Shown: piece after piece, positions 28,630 through 41,828 of the stretch
How the letters are laid out: each line of letters opens with the position of its first letter
Numbering within the stretch: position 1 is the stretch's first letter
DNA from: Felis catus
Taxonomy: Eukaryota
Direction: 5' to 3'
NCBI RefSeq assembly: GCF_018350175.1
Contig: NC_058368.1
Span: 239,198,001 to 239,262,000, forward strand
Length of the DNA stretch: 64,000 bases
Position numbers and translations under genes: made by a program
Notes under the pieces: generated by a model
The model's input: only the letters and a program-made list of their open reading frames with translations
What the model was told of the DNA's origin: nothing
Databases searched by the model: none

Positions 28630-29300
28630 TCAGTCCAGTCTCCGCCCTCTGCACCCAGACACTCAGCCACCCCAGGCCAAGAGAGATCAAAGGATCCCAT
28701 GTGGCAGCACCTGTGATTTTAATCCCACACCTACTGCTCACGAGAAACCTCACTCACCACCTCTAACTCATCCCCTACTCCCTCACTCTGACTCTGGATT
28801 CGAATGAAGGGAAGGGAGTAGGGCAGACTTGAGTTGTAACTCAGATGCTTCCAGCCTATTACTCATCTATGAACGTAATCTCCAGTCACCTCACCTAAGG
28901 ACAGGCCAAAAAAGTCAAGAACCAAAAAGCTCTGGGTGAACTACAAACCCTCGAAGGTACTTGTTGTAAAGAGAATACAATTTACAAGGCTGCAGCAAAA
29001 GTAACAAGAGATCATACGGTAAAATAAATTATAAGCTGGGAAAAACAATGATATTACATCTATGGCTGTCTACTATGGAGGGATCAGTAAGTTATCAGTA
29101 ACTACTCATCACTATGGAGTGAAAAGTGAAAGCTGAAAGGTGGCCGAGCCCCCTGCCCTCTGGCAGCATCTACTCAAGGGAAGTGCAGCCTGCACGACAA
29201 CACAGTGCCTTCTGAGGAAAACGGTCTTCTCTGAGCTCGCAAGGGCACCTGTATCATTCCCGCCCTCTTTCCCACTGTGGAAGGGTCCTGGTTTGGTCAC

Positions 29301-29496
29301 CTGCCCCTTGTAGTTGGTGGGAATGCCGCCCATGTTATAATGCACGGTGGGAAGGACGGGGATGGGCTCCTTGGTGACATCTACACCTGCGAAGATCATG
29401 GCCGTCTCTGAAATGCCAGGCAGCCGTATGGCCAGCTGCTCTGGGGGCAGGTGGTGCAACTGCAGGTAGACGTGATCTTTTTCAGGGCCACAGCCT
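29301..29496 (-). CDS. SDHA: SDHA exon 9 (196 nt)
   Basis: (R)[65 protein letters not shown]. Confidence 0.97.
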
Positions 29497-30168
29497 CTGG
29501 TGGAAAAGGACATCACGGTGTGAGGCAAAAAACGGCAATTATAGAAAATGTGAGACTGCGAGTTTCACATTTTTTTATGCTGTACAAAATTTCCCTTCAC
29601 TTGTGGCCATCCATTCTTCACATCTCCTCTGAGCACCTGCTCTGTGACAGGGTAGACTGAATGTGGTAGGACACAGCCAGAACATGGACAGACTTCCAGC
29701 CCTCACTGAGCTCATACTCTAGTCTTAGGAAGTCACAATTAGCTGTTTTCCTTGGTAAATGCATTAGAAAGTCCTTTTAATGCAAACACTCCAAATATAA
29801 AATCTCTAGAAGTTATAACATCAAAGATACAAGAAAGATCACCATCGTAAGGCAGCACTGGCACTCAAGAGCCTGCACAGTGAAGGTCTCGAATGCATGT
29901 GGGTCCCCAAACAGCATCGAAGGCCCATATGCTAACTTAGGTTGTGGGCATGTGTGTCTTGCTCCCCCACACAGAGTGTCTGTCTCTATCATAACACTCA
30001 TATACACAATTGATGTTCCACAGATTTGAGAGAAACTGAAGTCAAACCAGCTTAACTTCCCAAAATGTAGGTTTTTAGAGGGATATCATAAATTGACAAA
30101 CAACCATCAGAGGGGAGGAGAGGCAGCCTACGCAGAGTTGGGTGGGGTAGGTGAGTTGCTAAAACTCA

Positions 30169-30474
<306 letters not shown>

Positions 30475-30866
30475 TTAGATGATTATAACCTAACAATTGC
30501 TAGGTCAATATTTCAAATGCAAATTTTTTTCCAATACATTTCTGGGGGTGGAAAGGAAAAGGGTATGCAAGGGGCATGATGCTCACAACAGAATGAGACA
30601 AAGGACAGGTTAAGTAAGGAATAGTAGGAAGTTTTGACAACAAAAAGCACCAATGAAGCAGCAGTGAGGAGAAAGGGCAGCTAATGTAGTAACAACACAG
30701 CTTGGCTGAATATTCCAATTCCAACAGCTTTTCAGCTTTCAGCACAACCAAGCATGAGTTAAATATCTCAGGTTTTGTTTTAATTGTAGAATGTTCTTTT
30801 GTAGGATGAAATTGTGACTAGGTAAGAAAAACCAGCTTGGAAAATTCGTATCTAAAAATTGGTTAA

Positions 30867-31098
30867 TGGGGCGCCTGGGTGGCTTAGTCGGCTGAGTGTC
30901 TGACTTTGGCTCAGGTCATGATCTCACGGTCTATGGGTTTGAGCCTCGCATTGGGCTCTGTGCCGACAGCTCAGAGCCTGGAGCCTGCTTTGGATTCTGT
31001 GTCTCCCTCTCTCTGCCCCTCCCCCACTCATGCTCTGTCTCTTTCTGTCTCTTGAAAATAAAAATAAAAACTTAAAATAAATAAATAAACAAATAAAA
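30867..31098 (+). mobile_element. CAN-SINE
   Basis: Full length with TSD aaaaa(t/c)tggttaa. Confidence 0.93.
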
Positions 31099-31437
31099 AC
31101 TGGTTAACAGCAGCAATAATTACCACCGTTCAGACTTATACTGTACTTGCTGTATACAACACTAAGTTTTGTAACAACCCCAGGAAATATCCCTATTTTC
31201 AGAGAGAGCAATGATAGCTTAGGAACTTGTCAGTGTTCTGCAGCTGGGAAGGCAGAGCCAAATGTACACCTGGCAACTAGGCAGGTCTGTTGCCCTTAAT
31301 CTCACTGTCCCTTCAATAAGGAATGCCAAGCACCTGAATTTTAACAAGGAGACAAACACCTATGTCAATGTCACCTGAAAGTTAAAACTGTCATTACCAC
31401 ACCAGAAGAGTTTTCTTGCTTTAAGAACAAGAAAGCA

Positions 31438-31885
31438 GAGGCACCTGAGTGGCTCAGTTGGTTAAGCATCTGACTTCAGTTCAGGTCATGTCCTCACGGT
31501 TGGTGAGGTTGAGCCCCAGTCAGGCTCTGTGCTGACAGCTCAGGGCCTGGAGCCTGCTTCAGATTCTGTGTCTCTCTCTGGGCCCCTCCCCTGCTCACAC
31601 TGTCTCTTTCTCTCAAAAATAAACAAACTTTTAAAAGAAAAAAAAAAAAAAAAAAGAACAAGAATTTCCTGGAGCACCTGGGTGGCTCAGTCGATTGTGT
31701 TTTGACTCTTGATTTTGGCTCAGGTCATGATCTCACAGTTTGGGAGACAGAGCCCCAAGTCAGGTTCCATGCTGACAGGACGGAGCCTGCTTGGGATTCT
31801 CTCTCTCCTGGTCTCTCTGTTCCTCTCCCGCTCACATGTTCTCTCTCAAAATAAATAAGTAAACTTTAAAACAAAACAAAAAACC
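31438..31885 (+). mobile_element. Two tandem CAN-SINEs (31438-31655, 31671-31885)
   Basis: Two heads and two tails, with aagaacaagaa repeats around the first. Confidence 0.9.
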
Positions 31886-32366
31886 CCAAAACCAGTATTA
31901 AAAAACTACCTAAAACGTTTTTTACTTTTTATCCCTGCCAGGGATCAGAAAAAATATACTGACAGAGCAAAGAGAAAACCCAGGTCTGGTTCTTTAGCAT
32001 GGTGGGAGGCTACTTCCACAAAGTGTGGTGTCCCCTCAGTTGACAGGTCAGAAAAGCAACTAGAAACAAAGTCCAGAATGAGACTTGCCTGTCCCAAGAG
32101 GCAGATCTCTCTCTCCAATTCATATCTGAATAACGAACTCTCTCAATTCTGCACCTGCAGCCTAGACCTCCCGTCTGAACTCCACATTTACACACTCAAC
32201 TGTCTGAGGACGCGAGATGAGCTCAATGTGCCCACAACTGGCACCATAGTCATTAACATCTCAGGGGGGCCGCATCTGCCATAGCTCGTCCCGACTTTAT
32301 ACTCTACTGGACAGCCTGATGTTTTCCCTGTAACACTGGAATCTGCCCATGCCACAACTCTGATCA

Positions 32367-32885
<519 letters not shown>

Positions 32886-33473
32886 CTAGTGGCACCAGAG
32901 CGGACAGAGCAGCCCGCAGCACCGTGACAGGTGCTGTCTGCACGCGCTACCCTGGGCAACTGGGGTGGGAGCCTGGGAGACGGAGGAGGCACTCTCGTTT
33001 ATACTTCAAGGCACTTTCATGCTATCTGAACGACCTCCCTGAGAAGCGTGTGCTGCTTTAATGCTGAAATTTTTGCTTTTTATGGACTCACTCTTGTAAA
33101 GGGTTAAAATAACGGACTGACAATGTAAGAAATGTAATTTAGTTTCATCATGTGAATAAACAGCACTTATCTACACCAGAAATCAGTATAAACACAGTGT
33201 CCACTAAAGCAAAAGACAGGTTAAGCCAGGAAGTATCACGTGACTCTCCAGACCCGTTTCCTCAAGGGTCCTCTCAGGTGCAAACTGAAGACAGATACTT
33301 CCTCACCCACCTGAGGCAGGTGCTAGGATTGTCCCCTTTGGAGACATGGAACTGAGACTGGCAAAGCTTATTATGCTCCTGGGTTAGGTCACTGCCTCCA
33401 TTTTTTTTTTTTTTTAAAGAAACTCGGAGACCCAACTTTCCTACAGAAAAACTAAATACAAGTTAGACTCCTA

Positions 33474-33623
<150 letters not shown>

Positions 33624-34440
33624 CTAAAAAACATGAAAGAAAAAAGAATCCCACAGTTTCAATTGCATTAGGGTGTTAAACTAACATTTCAGCAACACTG
33701 CTCATATGAACAAGTCAAGGGCTCTGATGTGGTGTGTAACAAATGGACAGGGTAAACCCTGGGTTGCAAAAGAAGCCACAGAGTTTACTTGCATCAACCA
33801 TAGTGCTGATGCTGTTGTGGATCAACACGAAAGGTACCCTGCTCTCAGCTGTATGATCAGATCAGACCGTAAGAAGGACATACACATGTCATGCATGTCT
33901 GAGAAGATGCTGTAGCTGCTCAGTAAACATGAAGGGCTCTCACAAAACCACCAGCTCCCCAACATGACACAGTATGCTGCAGGATGGGCAAATCCTGTCA
34001 CACGTGTGTCAATGCACTCAGCCGAAGCTGCCACCAGGGTCCTAACATTTGCAAATCAAGAATCTGTCCCCATTTGAGAGCAAGAATTCAGAATACTGAT
34101 TATTATGAATCAGAGTTATTCCAAATATTGATTACTTGGCTATGCCAAAGTAGGCCCTGATTATCCAGTAACTACTGTCCCCCAAACCTTAGTCCAGTTT
34201 GAACACTTAAGTATTAAATCAATTAGTTCAGGAACTCAGAGGTGCTGAGTCCTAAAATACTTGCTCTGTTCTTATACTTTCGGTATGGCAGATCAATTTA
34301 ATTTTCTAAAATAGACACTTTCAAATTAACAATTAACAAGTATACATCCTGCCATGTTAGTCTGCTGTTTATTAAGCAACCCCAGGGCTGACATGCTGAC
34401 CTTCTGACCTGTCCCAGAGTGGCCTGTTTCCAGCTCATCA

Positions 34441-34725
<285 letters not shown>

Positions 34726-34945
34726 TTACACTAAACAATTTCAACATAAACCTGTAAACCCAAACCAATACGTTCTATGAAAATTTCAACACTTCAGGAA
34801 AAGAGAAAAAACTTTGTTATTAAATGAACTGAATGGTTAATGATAGGAAAGATTTCCCTTGTTACATCAACGTTACCATTCCTTGGGCTGACCACATTTA
34901 CCTCGACCTCTTTTCTACCAGAAACAGACCATGCAAGGACAGTAC

Positions 34946-35089
34946 CTCTACCACGGAAGCAGGGGCCTGCTCTGTCATGTAGTGGATGGCATCCTGGTCC
35001 CCCAGCCAGTCGGAGCCTTTCACAGTGTCGTAGAAGTGCCACCTCCAGTTGTCCTCCTCCATGTTCCCCAGAGCAGCATTGATCCCTCC
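34946..35089 (-). CDS. SDHA: SDHA exon 4 (144 nt)
   Basis: [48 protein letters not shown]. Confidence 0.97.
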
Positions 35090-36087
35090 CTGTAAACACA
35101 GGGCAGACTTACAAGCTACGAAAGGGAACCCTGGACCTTCCAGGCCCATCCCCCTTCCACCCACTGCCCAAAACTGGATTCAGAGAAAGCCAACTAATTT
35201 TGACAACAACGGCATGTGAGGGACCTGACTGCAGTCCGGTTGGTTACAGGACCGTCCTGAGCAGGGAGAGGCATGACAGATGCCAAATCTTACCTCCCTC
35301 AGCCTCAGTGCCCTTACCCATGAAGGGACATGAAGCTGAACTCGAGAGCCATCTGGAGGGTTAAGTGCGGTTTTATGTGCAATGCTCGTCACCTCCAAAC
35401 CTGGCACATAAAAGGTACTGAGCAAATCTATCTGGGATAATTTTATGACAAAATGTTCCCAGTGGCATTTATGGACATGTGTTAAAGAAGTACTTACGGT
35501 CAAGGAATAAACTCTAAACTCAGAGTCACATTCTCTACCGTGTCTGTCTCTCAGAGTCACAGAAAATGGCAGTACAGGGACAAATGTAACACTCACACTT
35601 TTCCTCCGCCACTTAAAACCGGATTACTCATCTCTTTTTGAGAAGGAAAGGCACATTTTCTGACTTCCCTCTTTTTTGCAAATGTTCCTCAATCAAGATT
35701 CTGAGTCAAGCAGACCCATGCAGGAATTCTTTCCCCGCTTGGTGCTGCTGTGCCTCAGTTTCCCATTATGTTTCAGTTATCAAGAAAAGAGTCACCAGCA
35801 CAAAGCCAGGAACCCTAACAAGACAAGCAGCAAAAATCACAAGTTATTTCCTCCTCCTTCTCCGACCCCACCGATTGTAAACCCAAACACAGTCCTAGTA
35901 AAAACTGTTAAGTACCAGAGTAGTAGCAGAAAAGAGAAACCTAGTTTAAAATAACACTAAATACTTGGCCCAGTGCACATGTCCATGCTATTATTTTATT
36001 GCTACTATTAGTAAGAATCAGGGCCACAGACAGCTGGTCTTCCAGGAGTCCCAAGAAATACAATTTTGTTTTTCTAAAGTAATCTCA

Positions 36088-36308
36088 AGGCGCCTCAGTG
36101 GCTCAGTCGGTTGAGTGTCCAACTTGATCTCAGCTCAGGTCTTGATCTCAGGGTCGAGAGTTCAAGCCCCATGCTGGGCTTCATGCTGGGCACAGAGCCT
36201 ACTCAAAGAAAAATAAAAAGCAATCTCTATACCCAACCCAGGGCTCTAATTCACGACTCTGAGATCAAGAGTTGCACGCTCTACTGACTGAGCCAGCCAT
36301 GTGCCCCC
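36088..36308. mobile_element. Tail-to-tail pair of short CAN-SINEs (+ then -)
   Basis: ggcgcctcagtggctcag at the left end and ctgagccagccatgtgcccc at the right end. Confidence 0.8.
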
Positions 36309-37018
36309 CCGCCAGGAGTACACTTTAGACTTGCCCAGTCCCCACCTGTCTTATCCCCCCAATTAAACCTTACTTTCTCCAACCAGCATTCAAGTTAAGC
36401 TACCCATTTCTAACTTTTTATTGTTTTAATATTGCACTATCTGAATATACTATTATTTCTCATTATTTAGACTTATGTTTACATCCATTTTTCCTTTTAG
36501 ACACAATGTAATCTTCAAAAGTATGTATCATTTATTTTTCAGTTTATAACACATAGTTTTAGAACAAAGTATCTGTGTAGCAAAGTGCCTGAAGAATGTT
36601 GCTGCATGCTGAATACAGGCTACAACAGAAATTAGGGTGGCTTTTACTAGTTCCTGGAAAGTTACCCCACACTCTGCTATCTCTATGAGGAAATACGTTC
36701 CAAATACTGGAAAAAACAGTTCAATTCATTCCAGTTTTGGAATACTACCTGTATACAACCTGCGTACCACCTACGGTGTGCCAGGAAAGAAAGCAAAATT
36801 ATAAAATCACTGTGTACTTTTTCATCTTACTTTTATCCTCTTCCCTAAATTTTGAGCATTTAAAGGCCAATGTTCTTCTGTCCTGCACATTCATGCCACC
36901 AGCAAAGCTCATCATCATCATACTTAACGAGGCCCACGCCAAGGATGCAGCAGGGCCAAAAGAATCAGTCCAGACACAGGCTCATTTTAGACTGGGAAAG
37001 TACAGTGACGACAAACTA

Positions 37019-37459
<441 letters not shown>

Positions 37460-37930
37460 TCACCTGTCAACCACCCATTTACCTATGCCACACATTGGGA
37501 CGGTGGGTGCGGTGCAAGAGCTCAGACCAAATGGAAGGAGCGATGAAAGAGCAACCACAGCAGAGGGGCCTCCACCCTGTGCCAGGACCCAGAGCGTGTG
37601 GCTGGCACACCCCACACCGACAGGACCGAAACACAGACCCGACGAAGAGGGAGCACGCATCCTAGCACCTGGGACACCCACCATGAAGTGAAATGTTGAA
37701 AACAAGAGGTACGGCCTCAAAGCAGGGAACCGTGGAAGCAAAGGAAAGCAACGACACAAATAAAAATATTAGTTCTAAATACGGCTTTCCTACTCCATTA
37801 TCCTTTCTGTTCATCCTTTTCTGTTGACAGCCATATAGTCATACACATGCTTGTGTGAACCTAAGCTCATAATGCAGTATATAGATCATGATTCTCCACC
37901 TGTGGTCAGCAAGTTTCTCAAGAAAAGGTT

Positions 37931-38132
37931 AATTTTTTTTTTAATGTTTATTTATTTCTTGAAGGAGAGAGAGAGACAGAGTGCAAGCCGGGGAGGGACA
38001 GAGAGAGAGAGGGAGACACAGAATCGAAAGCTGTCAGCACAGAGCCTGATGCGGGGCTCCAACTCCCAAACCGCGAGATCATGAACTGAGCTGAAGTCGG
38101 ATGCTTAACCGACTGAGCCGCCCAGATGCCCC
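37931..38132 (-). mobile_element. CAN-SINE
   Basis: Consensus match. Confidence 0.9.
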
Positions 38133-38677
38133 AGTATGTTGTTTTAATTAGGTAGGCACAGTCCGATTCATCTGGGCGACTGCCTCAGCACTGAGGACCA
38201 CCCCCCGGTTTCAGGACCATGTTTGTGTTGGACTGAGAAGGTGCCAACTAGTATTCAGTAACTATTGTGAGCTTGTGAGAAAAGAATTTGTAAACAAATT
38301 TTAGTGCCTTCAGCAGAGGACAGAACAGACCCAGTAAACACCAAGAGCCTACACACAAGTGGCTTCAGGGTCCTGTGTCATCTGTCACAATGAATAATGT
38401 TCAGTGGTCACTGGTATTTTATTATTTTGCTGCTTTAAATTTTAATCTGGTTTATAGATACTTAAGAACCATAAGCAAAAAATGTTAGTAACTATGCTTA
38501 CATTTGTACTACAGTTAAGTGCTATACACTAAAAATAATTAGAGCATTATTGGAACCAGAATGTTTTCCTTTAAATAAGACCTGTGTATTACTCCAATAT
38601 ATTGAAGACTGGCATAGATCATTATTCCTCTAAGACAAGCATATCATTTATAAGGGAACAAAAAGCTGTAAACTTAC

Positions 38678-38764
38678 TGAATCTGAAACTTTAGCTGAAG
38701 ACCTCTTATTCCCATCAATAGTGAAGTGAAAACCGCAGGTGCCTGCCTGCCATGTCGCGGGCCA
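38678..38764 (-). CDS. SDHA: SDHA exon 2 (87 nt)
   Basis: [29 protein letters not shown], flanked by cagcag and gtaagt. The 15 exons sum to 1995 nt, i.e. 664 aa plus stop. Confidence 0.93.
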
Positions 38765-39926
38765 CTGCTGAGACAGAGATGGAGAGATGGAGAGCACTTA
38801 AGTGTCTTAGAAGAATAACAAATCATCAAAATTTCCCAAGTCATTAACCTTTTTATGTATCCAGCTGCTCCTTCACCTAGACAGCTCACCTGGGGTCCTC
38901 TACTTAACCCTGAAGGGTAGAGGCGGACTAAGGACCCAGGGCAGGCCCAAGTGGCAAGGAGTTGGCACTCCAAGAAAAGCTCTTCTAGATGAAGCTTGTC
39001 TCCAAGCAGGACACTCACAGACTCAGCAGGAAATGAAAAGGACACAATGTCACGTTCATTTCTTAATTTATGGTTTTTAGTGGACAATGGGAAACCCATC
39101 TATTTTGTGAAAGTGGTAGTTTACAATGAAGCACTTTTACTGGATCCATCATGACCCTCTTCACACTATAGCACCACACGTCTGCAAGGTTTTGTGGTTC
39201 ACTGGAAAAGGCCTGGGACAGTGTATTGGGAGATCCATCTTCTACAAGAGGCTCTACTGCTTACCCTGACACTGGGTACCAGTGGACCAACCCTTCACTG
39301 TGAATGTGAAGACTCCAGGCCTAGAGATGCTCCTGCTTCACCACTCTTCACACCTGCGCTGGGCTGTAGCCACATCCCCTCTCCTCTGTCATACTCCAGG
39401 GTGCTGTTCCGTCTGAACACTTGTCCCTGGCTAATCTCTACAACTCTCCAAGTTTTGGCTTAAATGTTCCACCCTATGAACATTTACTCAAGAAAATTGG
39501 TATTAATGACATCACAGCCCAGCCTGAGAGGCCATCTTCTTTATATGAAAACCAACTTATAAGGCATGTCTTTCTGTTCTATGACTGCATTTTAGAGGGC
39601 TACTGATAAAATGAAGTCTTAGCAATTTCATGAACAGTTTTAGGAATTAAGTATGTTTAACAATGACAAAGGGGATATGAGAGATGTCTTCGAGTATTCT
39701 GCAGTTTGGAAGAGATGCTATTTATTCTGTGGGGTAAAAAAATTATTCTGTAGGACAAACAAGTGGAGAATTCAGGGAGGAGAATTTGGCAAAATACAAA
39801 ATGAACTCTGAGTGGTTTTGAACAGAAGGACTTTCTTTGAAGATTAAAGGCCTCAGGCCAGGCTGGAGGGCTGGCCGCTTGCAAATGGAGCAGGTGGCTC
39901 CAACCTCTAGACTTTCTTTAGCATTT

Positions 39927-40120
39927 AGGGGCACCTGAGTGGCTCAGTCAGTTAAGCAACTGACTCTTGGTTTTGGCTCAGGTCATGATCTCACAGTTCA
40001 TGAGTTCTAGGCCTGCATCTGGGCTCTGTGCTGACAGTGCAGAGCCTGCTTGGGATGCTCACTCTCTCCCTCTCTCTTTCTGCCCCTCCCCACCTCTCTC
40101 TCTCAAGAATAACTTAAAAA
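39927..40120 (+). mobile_element. CAN-SINE
   Basis: Consensus match, flanked by tagactttctt repeats. Confidence 0.9.
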
Positions 40121-40289
40121 TATTTTTTTAGACTTTCTTAAGCACTGAGACCAAATGATGCCTGCCACAAATAGTTGACTTTATGCTAACAGTTCCAATT
40201 GCAAAGAAGTTTCTTGAATTTCTAAGTAGATCTGAACTGATAAATGCAATATTCTTGAATTCTCCAATTTCAACTTTAAGTATATATGT

Positions 40290-40494
40290 ATTTTTTAATG
40301 TTTATTTATTTTTGAAAAAGAGAGAGCACAAGACAGGGAGGGGTAGAGAGAGAGGGAGACACAGAATCTGAAGCAGACTCCAGGCTCTTAGCTGTCAGCA
40401 CAGAACCCAACACAGGGCTCGAACTCATGGACCACAAGACCATGATGTGGGCTAAAGTCAGATGCTTAAGCGACCAAGCCACCCAAGCGCCCCT
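40290..40494 (-). mobile_element. CAN-SINE
   Basis: Consensus match. Confidence 0.9.
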
Positions 40495-40740
40495 AAGTAC
40501 TTTTGTTTTTATTGACATAAGTCAACTTTTTGTCCAGTAAACGAATTAAAAAACTTAAAAAGAATATTCTTCTGCTTTAGTATAATTTTTAAATGGTAAA
40601 AATCACATCTTAACAAAGAATCAAGTCAGCAAAATACAAATGTTCACGAAATTTTAATAAAGTACAAGATAAAGGTAATAGTTCCAAAAAAGAACAATAC
40701 ATTTTACAATACCAAATTGAAATCAAAATAGAAACAGAGA

Positions 40741-41828
40741 GCCTGTCCCAGCCCCACCACCAACCAAGTGGGAAGGCAAGCCAAGAACACCACGCAACTA
40801 TCCCACCTCATCTCCCTCAGAGCGACCTACTGGCTCCACAGCACATCTCTGAGTAATGAAGAAAACCTGAAATTGTTTGGGAATTCCAACAATCCAAATG
40901 GCCACGTGCACAATTATAAAGTTGTGGTGACAGTACATGGAGAGATTGATCCTATTATAGGAATAGTTATGAAAGTGACTGACCTCAAAGAGTATATGGA
41001 GGAGGCAATTATGGAGCCCCTTGATCATAAGAATCTGCATTTGAACATTCCGTACTTTGCAGATGTTGTAAGCATGACAGAAAAAGTAGCTGTATATACT
41101 TGGGAAAACCTCCAGAAATTTCTTCCTCTGGGAGTTCTTTTTAAAAGTATATGGGGGTGCCTGGGTGGCTCAGTCAGATAAGCATCTGACTTCGGCTCAG
41201 GTCATGATATCACGGTTCATGGGTTCAAGCCCTGCATCAGGCTCTGTGCTGACAGCTCAGAGCCTGGAGCCTGCTTAGGATTCTGTGCCTCCCTCTCTCT
41301 CTGTCCCTCCCCCGTTTGCACTGGATCTGTCTCTCAAAAATAAAACAAACATTAAAAATAAGATTAAAAAAATAAAAGTATATTAAATTGACTATAATAT
41401 TGTAGTCTATAAAGGAAGATAGCTTTTAGGGGTTAATACTGCAGAAAGATTAATTTCTTTCCATATTTGAAAAAAAGGTCTTTATCTCCTTGGACTGTTA
41501 AGAAGTCATCACATAATTGTTACACCTCCAAGTGTGCTCTGGAGTGCCTGATTTATTGAAATCATTGTGTGTAAGACCCATTGTGAATTCTAAACGATTT
41601 TAAAATCAAACTTGTAAAACAACCTAAGTACCATTTAGAGTCTTTTATCTATAGATTAAAAATCCCTTCATTTTCAGTAAAATGTTGTGATGTGGAATAG
41701 AAAGGTAAAACAAATGAATTTTTGTTTTTCCATTAGCTCGTATTTAGTATTCATCTTTCTTCTTGGTATAATACGAATGGTCAAAAATGTTTTTAAGACT
41801 TATAGTAGGTGAAACCTAAAAAAAAAAA
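40741..41828 (+). pseudogene. PTS: Processed pseudogene of PTS (6-pyruvoyl-tetrahydropterin synthase), antisense in SDHA intron 1, interrupted by a SINE
   Basis: Intronless [35 protein letters not shown]...[14 protein letters not shown]...YFADVVS...WENLQK. After the SINE it resumes as *IDYNIVVYKGR*. No start ATG, a frameshift, a premature TAA, and an A-tract at about 41818. Confidence 0.92.
41153..41372 (+). mobile_element. CAN-SINE inserted in the PTS pseudogene CDS
   Basis: TSD taaaagtatat at 41142 and 41373. Confidence 0.94.
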
